Source: Opitutales bacterium (GTDB lineage: Bacteria; Verrucomicrobiota; Verrucomicrobiia; Opitutales; UBA9783). Taken from it: a DNA stretch of 32,000 nt. A model generated the notes under the pieces. That model was given only the letters and a program-made list of their open reading frames with translations, searched no databases and was not told where the DNA came from. The position numbers and the translations under genes are program-made. The stretch's first letter is position 1; every line of letters starts with the position of its first letter. The stretch is taken from positions 61,786 through 93,785 of the forward strand of contig JAKSVZ010000001.1 in NCBI GenBank assembly GCA_024407725.1, written 5' to 3'. Positions 1-8,909 of this stretch are shown here, piece after piece.

Positions 1-452
1 TTTTCAGGCACTTTTTGTTTGAGCTCTTCCAGCGTAGCTCCAGCATCACGCATCTCCTTAAGTTTACCAGCAATATCTCGAGCAATTGCAATCGTATTAT
101 GGATTTCGTGAATTACCCCAACAATCCATTTAACGTAAAACAGATACGCGTTATATCCTTCACGACAGTAATGATCGATAAAATATTTATCCTCTACTTC
201 GTGAGGTCCCGGCGGCAGGATAAAACGAGAGTTAACGATCAATTGGTCTATGGAAGTAATATCATACTTATATTCAACAATCGCATTTAAACGAGTAAAT
301 ATTTTCGCCTCCTCCTGATCAAAGGTTCCATTTACTTTAAACTTATCATAATAGTCATCAATAATATCGTTAGGGACAATAGGGTTATCGGGCTGAGGCG
401 CAGCAATAATCTGTGGATTCAAAATAGGATTAATCTCATTAATAATAGCCAT
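1..452 (-). CDS. hypothetical protein, N-terminal 150 codons only (gene runs off the left window edge)
   Basis: Absent from the ORF track because there is no stop in the window. Hand translation of the minus strand from ATG 452-450 gives 150 codons without a stop (MAIINEINPILNPQIIAAPQPDNPIVPNDIIDDYYDKFKVNGTFDQEEAKIF...KEMRDAGATLEELKQKVPE). The ATG lies 6 nt after the TAA (461-459) of the upstream 527-aa gene. No motif recognised. Confidence 0.6.
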   Translation of the reverse strand, partial: MAIINEINPILNPQIIAAPQPDNPIVPNDIIDDYYDKFKVNGTFDQEEAKIFTRLNAIVEYKYDITSIDQLIVNSRFILPPGPHEVEDKYFIDHYCREGYNAYLFYVKWIVGVIHEIHNTIAIARDIAGKLKEMRDAGATLEELKQKVPE

Positions 453-458
453 ATTATA

Positions 459-2042
459 TTAACTTATACGTTGTGCAATGCGTTCACATACGCCAGTCAC
501 CCAAGTATTAAAGGTATTATTGGCGGTATCAAACGTCGTCATTTGTTGATAAACATAATCAATATCGGTATGTAATGCCTCAATCGATTGGGTGCAAAAA
601 TTTACCTTCGACTGTAAAGCTTCCTGACACGACTTAATAACATCATCGGTCACTTTGTCTTTGTTATTGAAATCTTTATATGCTTTTACACTTTCAGGGG
701 TGACCAATTCACACTGAATTTGTTTGGGTAAAACAAATGTTGTTTTAAGATATTTCGCACTCCCAATATAAATTCCATCTGCATCAAGTGCATTTGAATA
801 GAAATACCTATCCGGAACTTCATAAGTTGTTAGATTCATAAGCCATTTATTACAATCAGTGTTCCAATTGGCTTTAGCATAACAATTGCCTCTATAATTC
901 TGCGTGGTTCCATCGTCTCCTAATAAAAAATTCATCCCTTCTTTATCTGCTTTAATCACCGAATATCTATTCGCGACAGGGGTTTTAATGACTAAACAGG
1001 TAACTCCATTATCCTTCAACAGCGTGTACATTGGCCCACCACACAAATACGTTAATGCAAAGCGAACCCCATTGGGTATGATTTGATTCTTAGTAGAAGA
1101 ATGAAGAACGTCTAATGCACGGTTTAAAAACTCTGTATAATAAGAAAACGTATCTAGCTGTATTTTAAGATCCGCCAAACTAGCTTGGATTGCTAATGCT
1201 TTCGTTTCTAACAATTTGAGAACCGTGGAATCAGATCCATTGCGGTCTGATATATATCCCCAATAAAAGTTTTCAATTTCCCATCGAAAAGCATCTGCCG
1301 CTTCTTTAACCCCAGGGTAACCCCTCGATACATCATTCGGGTAAACCGCATCGCTTTTTCCATTATCTATCTGGTAATAAACACGGATAGCGCGCAGCCG
1401 ATCCAGCAGGTTCACCTCCCGCATAATCTCTATCGGCTCCTTAACAATTTGATGGCGTTTCTTATCAACTGGGGTTTGACGTAAAGCCTCATAGGAGGGG
1501 TAATTGCCCTGAATTTGCTCATGCACCCCTGTACGATAATCATCCTGATAGACCGTCCAAGCCATGGCATCATAATCGTAAATGCAGCGCAGGCTAAAGT
1601 TATTTATAACCTCATTGCTAGACTTTTCGATCATTTCCAGCTCAGTAATCGTGGGAAGTGCTACCCCAGAATCGGTTGGGGTATCCTCAGGCAAGTCTCT
1701 CAATTGATCCAATAAGGCATCTGTTTGGAGGATATAATCACCTAGGCGGTTAAATTGATCAACGATCTTTCGACCGTAAAACTTATAAGCCCTATTGGCC
1801 TCTTCGCTATCAACGCAAATATTTTTTACAAAGTCATCGATAAAGGAAATATGCCGCTGCCTATCGTCGTATTTGATGGGCGTATTAAAAATATCATTTA
1901 ATTGCTTCAGTAGGTTATCCTGAATCGTCTTATGTTCAGCACTTAAATCAGCATATTTCTGAATAATTTCTGTTAAATTTGCATTAACAACGGCCCCAAC
2001 CGCACCGACATTGGGATTTACACCAATTGGAGGAATAGCCAT
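459..2042 (-). CDS. hypothetical protein, 527 aa, no signal peptide or TM segment, helical N- and C-terminal regions
   Basis: Long uninterrupted ORF. Its ATG (2042) lies directly after the stop of the upstream 130-aa ORF (2044-2046). The N-terminus MAIPPIGVNPNVGAVGAV is Pro/Asn/Gly-rich, like the next gene's MAIINEINPILNP. No catalytic motif recognised. Confidence 0.75.
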   Translation of the reverse strand: MAIPPIGVNPNVGAVGAVVNANLTEIIQKYADLSAEHKTIQDNLLKQLNDIFNTPIKYDDRQRHISFIDDFVKNICVDSEEANRAYKFYGRKIVDQFNRLGDYILQTDALLDQLRDLPEDTPTDSGVALPTITELEMIEKSSNEVINNFSLRCIYDYDAMAWTVYQDDYRTGVHEQIQGNYPSYEALRQTPVDKKRHQIVKEPIEIMREVNLLDRLRAIRVYYQIDNGKSDAVYPNDVSRGYPGVKEAADAFRWEIENFYWGYISDRNGSDSTVLKLLETKALAIQASLADLKIQLDTFSYYTEFLNRALDVLHSSTKNQIIPNGVRFALTYLCGGPMYTLLKDNGVTCLVIKTPVANRYSVIKADKEGMNFLLGDDGTTQNYRGNCYAKANWNTDCNKWLMNLTTYEVPDRYFYSNALDADGIYIGSAKYLKTTFVLPKQIQCELVTPESVKAYKDFNNKDKVTDDVIKSCQEALQSKVNFCTQSIEALHTDIDYVYQQMTTFDTANNTFNTWVTGVCERIAQRIS

Positions 2043-2043
2043 G

Positions 2044-2436
2044 TTAGATCATTCGTTTCATGGGCATCCGGCACTTCAACCGAGAAGTCCATTGCGTATG
2101 AGCCTTATCAGGATCCGACATAATCGGATCCTGATGGCCTGCTAATAGAATCTGTTTACCATTCAATCCTTCCGGAACCACGCCGACCGGCTGCTTATTC
2201 TGTTCCAATAACGAAGCCATACACTGTAATTCATTCAGCATATATTTTTCGTTGGGAGCAGTTTTTTGCAAAAAATCTATGAACGCATCGATATAGTCCT
2301 TTGTTAAATACTTTTCATCAAACGCATCTAATTTCAATTGATGAAAAACATTCTGCAAACGATCCAAACGCTCTTTCAATTCATCTATCTGGTGCAACAT
2401 CTGTTCCGGTTGAATCTCATTCGTTTTCATTCGCAT
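2044..2436 (-). CDS. hypothetical small protein, 130 aa, first gene of a three-gene orphan operon
   Basis: ORF track. The N-terminal half looks like an amphipathic helix or coiled coil (IDELKERLDRLQNVFHQLKLDAF) and the C-terminal tail is basic. Alternative ATG at 2430. The stop abuts the next gene's start. Confidence 0.6.
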   Translation of the reverse strand: MRMKTNEIQPEQMLHQIDELKERLDRLQNVFHQLKLDAFDEKYLTKDYIDAFIDFLQKTAPNEKYMLNELQCMASLLEQNKQPVGVVPEGLNGKQILLAGHQDPIMSDPDKAHTQWTSRLKCRMPMKRMI

Positions 2437-2444
2437 TTATGAAT

Positions 2445-2460
2445 AGCATATAGTGTGCCA
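2445..2460 (-). promoter_or_regulatory. candidate sigma-54 (-24/-12) promoter: TGGCAC-N5-ATGCT
   Basis: The minus strand reads atttgTGGCACactatATGCTattcataaATG. The GG-N10-GC spacing is exact, the -24 half is perfect and the -12 half matches TTGCT at 4/5. The predicted start falls at or next to ATG 2436. Confidence 0.35.
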
Positions 2461-2632
2461 CAAATACCCCAAAAACGCTTCAAATTGCGCTTTTTGCCCT
2501 CAAATCAATGATTATGAATAAATTTCCCCTGAGCTCAAAAAATTGCCGCTCGCCAATAGCATATTTTAGGCCATTAAGCGCTGCACTTTTAAATTGATTT
2601 TTGAGACAAAATCACCTTCATTATTAAGCATA

Positions 2633-5600
2633 ATGAACGCCAATAACTGCACAAAGGATGCTAACGAAGCAGTTGCATCTGTCGCTTATGCTTTTAGTGA
2701 ATTAATTGCCATCTATCCTATTACCCCATCTTCACCGATGGCCGAATGGTGCGACCAATGGTCCTCGGCAGGTGTGAAAAATTTACTGGGTGTAGTACCG
2801 GAAGTAGTTGAAATGCAGTCGGAAGGCGGAGCAATTGGCGCTGTACATGGAACGTTGCAAAGTGGGCTGTTAACCACCACCTTTACCGCTTCCCAAGGCC
2901 TTCTGTTGATGATTCCCAACCTTTATAAAATTGCCGGTGAATTGTTGCCTTTTTGTATGCACGTTACCGCGCGAGCCTTGTCCAATCATGCGCTGTCCAT
3001 CTTTGGCGATCACAGCGATGTTATGGGAATTCGCCAAACTGGTATGGCCTTATTAGCCTCAGAATCGGTTCAGGCTGCCCATGATTTAGCAGCATTGGCT
3101 CATACAACCACCCTTGAAGCCAAAATCCCCTTTGTCCATTTCTTTGATGGATTCCGTACGTCTCACGAAATCAACACCTATCAGCCGTTATCCGCTGAGG
3201 TATTGAATCAGTTGCTGGATAAGAAGGCGCTACAGGAATTCCGAAAACTAGGCATTACGCCGGATACGCCAACCGTTCGGGGGACCGCTCAAAACCCAGA
3301 TGTTTATTTTCAGGGTCGCGAAAAGAGCAATAGCCTTTATCAACAGCTGCCGGATATTTTAGAAGCCAAAATGCGGCAGTTTGAAAAGCTAACGGGGCGC
3401 AGTTATCATCCGTTTAATTACGTAGGTCACCCTCAAGCGGAACGTGGATTTGTAGCCATGTGTTCCGGAGCCGAAACACTTCAGCAGACCATTGAGTACA
3501 GAGGACAACACCAAGGGGAAAAAGTTGGTTTAATCAACGTACACTTGTACCGCCCATTCTCCTTAAAATATTTTTTAAAAGCTTTGCCCGTAAGCACTAA
3601 AGAGGTTATTGTGTTGGATAAAACCAAAGAATCAGGGTCTATAGCAGAACCGTTATGCTTGGATATCCAATCCGCTCTGCAGGCCGCTTACCAACAAGGG
3701 CAGTTGCCGCATATGCCAAAGGTGATTGGCGGACGTTATGGAGTGGGTATGAAGGAATTCAACCCCAGTATGGCGTACGCAATCTACGAGGCAGCTAAAA
3801 ATGACCAATTAAAACCCTCATTTACCGTTGGTATCAACGATGATGTGACGCACTTATCGGTTCCGGTTAACCATGCGCTGGATTTGGAAGACCCAAGCAG
3901 TTTTCGCGCGCTCTTTTTCGGTCTAGGCTCCGATGGAACCGTTGGTGGCAATAAAAACACCATTAAAATTATCGGTCAGGAAACCGGCAAATTTGCTCAA
4001 GCTTACTTTGTATATGATTCAAAAAAATCAGGCGCGATGACCGTTTCGCATTTAAGAATCAGCGATAATCCTATCCATGCGCCTTATTTAATTCAAAGCG
4101 CTAACTTTGTTGCCTGCCACCAATTTCAATTTGTCGAAACCTACGATGTACTAAAAACCTTGCAAAAAGGCGGCGTATTTTTGCTCAACGCTCCCTATGA
4201 ACCCGAAGCACTTTGGGAACGCTTGCCGCAAGAAATGCAACAAACCCTCATCGATAAGCAAATTCGTCTGTACGCCATTGATGCTTACAAAATTGCTCAA
4301 GCGTGCGGCATGGGTGGACGTATCAATACCATCATGCAAACCTGCTTCTTTGCCATCTCCGGAATTTTACCCAAAGATGAGGCAATTGCAGCCATCAAAA
4401 ATGCCATTAAGAAAACGTATGGTAAAAAGGGAGATGAGGTCGTAGCCAGTAACAATGCAGCGGTTGATGCAGCTTTGGCCAATTTACATGAAATTTCGCT
4501 TCAGGCTGTATCGAAAACCGCCCACAAACGTGCAACCTTGCAGCTTCACGGAGCATCCGAATTCATTCGGACAGTCACGCAAGCGCTGTTGGAACAAAAA
4601 GGCGATACGCTACCGGTTAGTGCATTACCGGATCATGGCATTTGGCCAACCGGAACAACCTGCTTGGAAAAACGCAACATGGCGCAATTTATTCCACAGT
4701 GGGATCCTTCGCTGTGTATCCAATGCAATCAATGCTCTTTGGTTTGCCCCCATGCTGCCATTCGCACCAAGCATTTCGATAATAGTAGTTTAAAACAAGC
4801 ACCAGAAGGCTTTCAGTCGGCACCCTTCCGTTCACCCAACAACCCTGATCAAGCGTTTACGGTTCAAGTATCGCCTGAAAATTGCACCGGTTGTGGTTTG
4901 TGCAGCGCCAATTGCCCCGCTAAAAGCAGAACCGATGCGAACAAAAAAGCGCTTACCATGGTTCATAAAGCCGAGGTTTTTGACCAAACCCATGCAAATG
5001 CCGAATTTTTCGACACCCTACCCTATCAAACGGAGCTTAATAATCCTATCGACGCGAAACAATCACAGTTCCGCCAACCGTTATTCGAATATTCTGGTGC
5101 ATGTGCGGGATGCGGAGAAACAGCGTACATTAAGCTTTTAACGCAGTTATTTGGGGATCGCCTCATCATGGCAAACGCAACAGGATGCTCCTCTATTTAT
5201 GGCGGACATTTGCCAACCACCCCGTATACGAAGAATTCAGACGGACGTGGACCTGCTTGGGCCAGTTCCCTATTCGAGGATAACGCTGAATTTGGGTTTG
5301 GAATGCGTATCGCAGCAGACAAAAAGACGCAAACTGCTCGTCAATTGTTAACTGAGCTACAACCGCAATTAACGCAGGATTTTTCCGAATTGTTACAACC
5401 GGCTAACGATGAGCAGCAATATACCAAACATCGGCAGTTGATTGATCAACTCAAGCAGCAATTAGCCTCCGTTAAGCACGAATCAGCTGATGCGCTCCTA
5501 GCAATTGCCGACTTTTTATTAACTAAAGCGGTATGGGCGGTCGGAGGAGATGGTTGGGCGTACGATATTGGATTCGGCGGCCTCGATCATGTGCTCGCAA

Positions 5601-6163
5601 CGGGTCGCAATTTAAAGGTACTGGTACTGGATACCGAGGTTTACTCCAACACCGGAGGTCAGCAATCCAAAGCAACTCCGTTAGGAGCGGTCGCTAAATT
5701 CGCTGCCGCCGGTAAAGCCAATGCTAAAAAGGATCTAGGCCTATTAGCCATGATGTACCGAAGCATTTATGTTGCTCAAATTGCTCTGCAAGCCAATCCA
5801 AACCAAGCAGTAAAGGCATTGCTCGAAGCCAATCGTTATCCTGGATCCGCCATTATTATTGCTTACTGCAATTGCATCGAGCATGGCTATGATTTGGTTC
5901 ACGGTAAAGAGCAGCAACGCTTAGCGGTTGACTCAGGTTATTGGCCTCTGTACCGGTATGACCCAAGCCTAACCGATCGTAATCCTTTACAATTGGATAC
6001 GGTTCACAGCAAAATCCCCTTCACGGATTACATAAAGCGTGAAAATCGTTTTAAGATGCTGGCAAAAACCAATCCAGAACGCGCGGCACAATTAGTCAAT
6101 GATGCTCAGGATTGGATCAACCGTCGGGTACAACTTTATCAGCAGCTGGCATCCAATCAATGA
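2633..6163 (+). CDS. nifJ: pyruvate:ferredoxin (flavodoxin) oxidoreductase, single-chain NifJ/YdbK type
   Basis: About 1176 aa. N-terminal AIYPITPSSPMAEW motif. Two ferredoxin-type clusters, CIQCNQCSLVCP and CTGCGLCSANCP. TPP-binding block GGDGWAYDIGFGGLDH. The track ORF starts at TTG 2594; the first ATG at 2633 (MNANNCTKDANEAVASVAYAF) fits the usual N-terminus better. Confidence 0.95.
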   Translation: MNANNCTKDANEAVASVAYAFSELIAIYPITPSSPMAEWCDQWSSAGVKNLLGVVPEVVEMQSEGGAIGAVHGTLQSGLLTTTFTASQGLLLMIPNLYKIAGELLPFCMHVTARALSNHALSIFGDHSDVMGIRQTGMALLASESVQAAHDLAALAHTTTLEAKIPFVHFFDGFRTSHEINTYQPLSAEVLNQLLDKKALQEFRKLGITPDTPTVRGTAQNPDVYFQGREKSNSLYQQLPDILEAKMRQFEKLTGRSYHPFNYVGHPQAERGFVAMCSGAETLQQTIEYRGQHQGEKVGLINVHLYRPFSLKYFLKALPVSTKEVIVLDKTKESGSIAEPLCLDIQSALQAAYQQGQLPHMPKVIGGRYGVGMKEFNPSMAYAIYEAAKNDQLKPSFTVGINDDVTHLSVPVNHALDLEDPSSFRALFFGLGSDGTVGGNKNTIKIIGQETGKFAQAYFVYDSKKSGAMTVSHLRISDNPIHAPYLIQSANFVACHQFQFVETYDVLKTLQKGGVFLLNAPYEPEALWERLPQEMQQTLIDKQIRLYAIDAYKIAQACGMGGRINTIMQTCFFAISGILPKDEAIAAIKNAIKKTYGKKGDEVVASNNAAVDAALANLHEISLQAVSKTAHKRATLQLHGASEFIRTVTQALLEQKGDTLPVSALPDHGIWPTGTTCLEKRNMAQFIPQWDPSLCIQCNQCSLVCPHAAIRTKHFDNSSLKQAPEGFQSAPFRSPNNPDQAFTVQVSPENCTGCGLCSANCPAKSRTDANKKALTMVHKAEVFDQTHANAEFFDTLPYQTELNNPIDAKQSQFRQPLFEYSGACAGCGETAYIKLLTQLFGDRLIMANATGCSSIYGGHLPTTPYTKNSDGRGPAWASSLFEDNAEFGFGMRIAADKKTQTARQLLTELQPQLTQDFSELLQPANDEQQYTKHRQLIDQLKQQLASVKHESADALLAIADFLLTKAVWAVGGDGWAYDIGFGGLDHVLATGRNLKVLVLDTEVYSNTGGQQSKATPLGAVAKFAAAGKANAKKDLGLLAMMYRSIYVAQIALQANPNQAVKALLEANRYPGSAIIIAYCNCIEHGYDLVHGKEQQRLAVDSGYWPLYRYDPSLTDRNPLQLDTVHSKIPFTDYIKRENRFKMLAKTNPERAAQLVNDAQDWINRRVQLYQQLASNQ

Positions 6164-6175
6164 TGCTGGCTGCAC

Positions 6176-6195
6176 TCCCCTAACGGATTAGGGGA
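6176..6195 (+). terminator. perfect 8-bp stem / 4-nt loop hairpin 13 nt after the nifJ stop (no U-tract)
   Basis: tcccctaa-cgga-ttagggga. A second GGGGG/CCCCC hairpin follows at 6204-6221. No T-run follows either one, so the terminator function is tentative. Confidence 0.35.
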
Positions 6196-6243
6196 TACAA
6201 TTAGGGGGTTGATTATCCCCCACAAAAAGTTATAGGTTAAGGG

Positions 6244-6930
6244 ATGAGCATGGATGCTCATGATGGACACAGGCAACGATTACGTGAACGGTTTCTAAAA
6301 ACGGGGCTGAATGGATTTGCCGAATACGAAATCGTAGAGCTATTATTAACTTTGTGTATTCCAAGAATGGATGTAAAACCGTTTGCAAAGGAACTCATCC
6401 AAAAATTCGGTACTGTCAAAAATATTATTGAGCAAAATCCCGAACGTCTGCTGGAGGTGAAGGGTCTAGGGGAACATTCCATTACCTGCATCAAAATTAT
6501 CAAAGCTTTATCGGATTATTACCTCTTTCAAAAGAGCAGTGAATTGCCAATTTTGCGCGATAATGCAACCTTGATAAATTTTTGGCGCGCAAAAATAGGA
6601 TTTTTACAAAGTGAAGTTTTTGAGGTCGCATTTTTAAATGGTTCCTATCAATTACTCCCCAATGGGGTTGAGCGCATAGAAGAAGGAATTGCTCATCAAA
6701 CCCATATATATCCCCAAAAAATTTTAAAATCGGCTATAGCACATAATGCGGTAAACATTGTGATTGCCCATAATCATCCGTCGGGGAATCCTCAACCTTC
6801 CGCCAACGATATAACCTTAACCAATGCGATTAAAACCGCCTGTTCTATTTTAGCGGTTCGATTAGTCGACCACGTAATTATTACCCATGATTCGTATTAC
6901 TCATTCCGAGAATCCGGATTGCTTGCGTAA
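6244..6930 (+). CDS. radC: RadC-family JAB/MPN domain protein
   Basis: 228 aa. N-terminal HRQRLRERF and helix-hairpin-helix region (LLEVKGLGE). C-terminal JAMM motif HNHPSGNPQPSANDITLT. Confidence 0.9.
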   Translation: MSMDAHDGHRQRLRERFLKTGLNGFAEYEIVELLLTLCIPRMDVKPFAKELIQKFGTVKNIIEQNPERLLEVKGLGEHSITCIKIIKALSDYYLFQKSSELPILRDNATLINFWRAKIGFLQSEVFEVAFLNGSYQLLPNGVERIEEGIAHQTHIYPQKILKSAIAHNAVNIVIAHNHPSGNPQPSANDITLTNAIKTACSILAVRLVDHVIITHDSYYSFRESGLLA

Positions 6931-7151
6931 GTCGATTGCAAATTTTCCTGAGGATGCACAATCGACACATGACGTTCGGTTAGGGTTTTAATCGAAGGCA
7001 TAATGGACATATCGGAATTCTGATCCAATGAACTTACCACTGAACCTTCCGCACGGGTAATCGTATGGCCATTAAAGGTACCTACTGCCCCATTATTATC
7101 GCTAATAGCAGCGGCGTTGGTTCCAATGTTTGTATTAATCCCTAACGACAT
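6897..7151 (-). CDS. possible small protein, 84 aa, Ser/Asn/Thr/Gly-rich, or a non-coding transcript
   Basis: This ORF fills the radC-sulP gap. Its ATG lies 10 nt downstream of a near-consensus promoter (7162-7190). Its 3' end overlaps the radC 3' end by 34 nt. No homology recognised, so coding status is uncertain. Confidence 0.3.
   Translation of the reverse strand: MSLGINTNIGTNAAAISDNNGAVGTFNGHTITRAEGSVVSSLDQNSDMSIMPSIKTLTERHVSIVHPQENLQSTYASNPDSRNE
6931..6966. terminator. 8-bp stem hairpin immediately after the radC stop
   Basis: gtcgattg (6931-6938) pairs with caatcgac (6959-6966) across a 20-nt loop. No U-tract on either strand. It sits where radC and the convergent small transcript from 7155 would both end. 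Confidence 0.3.
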
Positions 7152-7161
7152 ACTTTGTATT

Positions 7162-7190
7162 ATTATACGAACCTACCGCCTGACTATCAA
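7162..7190 (-). promoter_or_regulatory. near-consensus sigma-70-type promoter TTGATA-17-TATAAT
   Basis: Minus strand: TTGATA (7190-7185), a 17-nt spacer, TATAAT (7167-7162), then aatacaaagt, then ATG 7151. The -35 element begins 16 nt after the sulP stop codon. Confidence 0.55.
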
Positions 7191-7205
7191 CTCATTAACC
7201 TTACG

Positions 7206-8846
7206 CTAAACGCTACACGTTCGTACGTTTTTCGATAAGGTTAGCGCTTGCTCAATACTTCTGCCAAAGCGGCAATCCATACCGGCATCCATTAAACGCG
7301 CCTTGTTCATACGCGCTTCCACCAACTCATTCGCTTCGCAAAATACCACGTTGATCGTTTTCGATTCCGAAGCGCTAATAAAGGCACGCAAGGAATCCAA
7401 CGCACTCACGTCTATAAACGGAACGTGTTTTAAGCGAATAATCAACGTATGTACATCAGGATTTACCCCCGATAAAGCCGATTGAAAGGTTCCAATTGCA
7501 CCAAAGAAAAAGGGGCCTTCAATTGAATAAATGCCTATGTTTTTAGGGACATTGCTGATGTGTTCAATCTGTAAAGACGCTGACGTAGCATGTTCAATTT
7601 GAATTGAATGAGCCATACGCCTCATAAAAAACAAGGTAGCAAAAATAACCCCCACATTTACCGCTACGACTAAATCCACAAAAATCGTTAGGAAAAACGT
7701 GGTTAATAAGACAAAACGATCGGAATACGGTGCGGTCGATAATACCCGATAAAAGCGCTTATAATCGCTCATGTTATAACTTACAACGAACAAAACTGAC
7801 GATAAGGCTGTAATCGGAATAGCCGTTGCACAGGGTGCTAGCACTAAAATAAAGGATATCAACGTCACGCAATGGATTAAGCCAGCAATCGGCGCATTTC
7901 CTCCGGTTTTGATGTTGGTTGCAGTACGCGCAATCGCTCCTGTTGCCGCAAATCCTCCAAATAGGGGGGTAAATATATTAGCCAACCCCTGCCCTATCAG
8001 CTCATTATTCGAATGATGATGCGTTCCAATCATGCTATCTGCAACAGATGCCGACAATAATGATTCGATTGCCCCCAAAAGCGCAATGGTAAACGCAGGC
8101 CCTATCAGCTCTAGAATTAAAGGCAACGATGCATGCGGCAAATGAAACGACGGTAACGCTTGGGGAATACCGCCAAATACGCTTCCAATGGTAGCCACTG
8201 ATTGGAATTTGCAGATACTTTGGATAACCGTTGCTAACACCAAAGCCACTAAAAACCCAGGAATTGGCTTTAAGTACCGATTGGTTACAACAATTAAGAT
8301 TAAGCTCCCCAAACCTAACAAGGTAGTAGCTACATTCAAAGTGGATGCTGCAGGGTATAAATCCAAAATTTTGGTTACAAAACTCGTTCCATGGGTGGTA
8401 ACCGTTAACCCAAAGAAGTCTTTCAATTGACCCACGAAAATCGTTAATGCAATTCCCGAAGTAAATCCAATAATAACCGGTTCTGGGATATACTTAATCA
8501 TTGTCCCTAATTTCAAAAATCCCATTAAAATCAGGAAAATACCCGCCAAAAACGTTGCCAATTGTAGCCCATCGAATCCGTATTGTTGCACAATGGAATG
8601 AAGGAGGATAACAAACGCTCCTGTCGGCCCTGCAATTTGAACGCGGCTTCCCCCAAACAACGACACGAAAAATCCAGCAACAATTGCAGTATATAAGCCC
8701 TTTTCTGGAGCAACTCCACTGGCAATTGCAAAGGCCATTGCTAAAGGCAAAGCCACAACGCCAACCACAATGCCAGGCACCAGATTGGACAACCAACTTT
8801 GTTTCGAAAACAAATGGTTTTTAATAGCCTCTTGATATGCGAACAT
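7206..8846 (-). CDS. SulP-family inorganic anion (sulfate/bicarbonate) transporter with C-terminal STAS domain
   Basis: 546 aa. Many hydrophobic helices with Gly-rich SulP-like stretches (GGSRVQIAGPTGAF, FGGFAATGAIARTA). The soluble C-terminal ~120 aa resembles STAS (LIIRLKHVPFIDVSALDSLRAF). Confidence 0.9.
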   Translation of the reverse strand: MFAYQEAIKNHLFSKQSWLSNLVPGIVVGVVALPLAMAFAIASGVAPEKGLYTAIVAGFFVSLFGGSRVQIAGPTGAFVILLHSIVQQYGFDGLQLATFLAGIFLILMGFLKLGTMIKYIPEPVIIGFTSGIALTIFVGQLKDFFGLTVTTHGTSFVTKILDLYPAASTLNVATTLLGLGSLILIVVTNRYLKPIPGFLVALVLATVIQSICKFQSVATIGSVFGGIPQALPSFHLPHASLPLILELIGPAFTIALLGAIESLLSASVADSMIGTHHHSNNELIGQGLANIFTPLFGGFAATGAIARTATNIKTGGNAPIAGLIHCVTLISFILVLAPCATAIPITALSSVLFVVSYNMSDYKRFYRVLSTAPYSDRFVLLTTFFLTIFVDLVVAVNVGVIFATLFFMRRMAHSIQIEHATSASLQIEHISNVPKNIGIYSIEGPFFFGAIGTFQSALSGVNPDVHTLIIRLKHVPFIDVSALDSLRAFISASESKTINVVFCEANELVEARMNKARLMDAGMDCRFGRSIEQALTLSKNVRTCSV

Positions 8847-8909
8847 AGGCTTTCTAACCTATGCCAGAAATTGCCATTGTCAAGTAATCATTAACGCAAC
8901 GCGCAAAAG

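Noticed and set aside
15-290. The 91-aa plus-strand ORF, and many other 60-135-aa ORFs in the track (e.g. 904-1086, 4197-4445, 8494-8796, 9302-9673, 12615-12854, 13950-14279, 16475-16765, 26712-27119, 27180-27485, 28986-29258).
   Set aside because: Each lies entirely inside, and antisense to or out of frame with, a much longer ORF that has clear protein motifs. They are shadow ORFs. 15-290 is antisense to the hand-translated minus-strand gene at 1-452.
2594-2632. Track start codons at TTG 2594 (nifJ), TTG 11940 (ppdK), TTG 17842 (502-aa gene), 20315 (fabZ), 21077 (xseA), 19807 (fabI) and 31516 (pseudopilin).
   Set aside because: In each case a downstream ATG gives an N-terminus that matches the family or the paralog, and removes an implausible overlap with the upstream gene.
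6244-6261. The 8-bp inverted repeat ATGAGCAT-GG-ATGCTCAT covering the radC start codon.
   Set aside because: The 2-nt loop is too short for an RNA hairpin. About five such 8-bp repeats with short spacers are expected by chance in 32 kb.
7100-7151. A flagellin-like N-terminus (MSLGINTNIG...) on the 84-aa ORF, tempting because sigma-28 is in the window.
   Set aside because: Only the INTN tetrapeptide matches. The conserved flagellin blocks that follow (RLSSG.RIN, DDAAG) are absent and the ORF is far too short.
8855-8883. A perfect TTGACA (minus strand, 8883-8878) upstream of sulP, considered as a promoter.
   Set aside because: No acceptable -10 hexamer lies 15-19 nt downstream (the best is TAGGTT, 3/6), so I did not list it as a feature.
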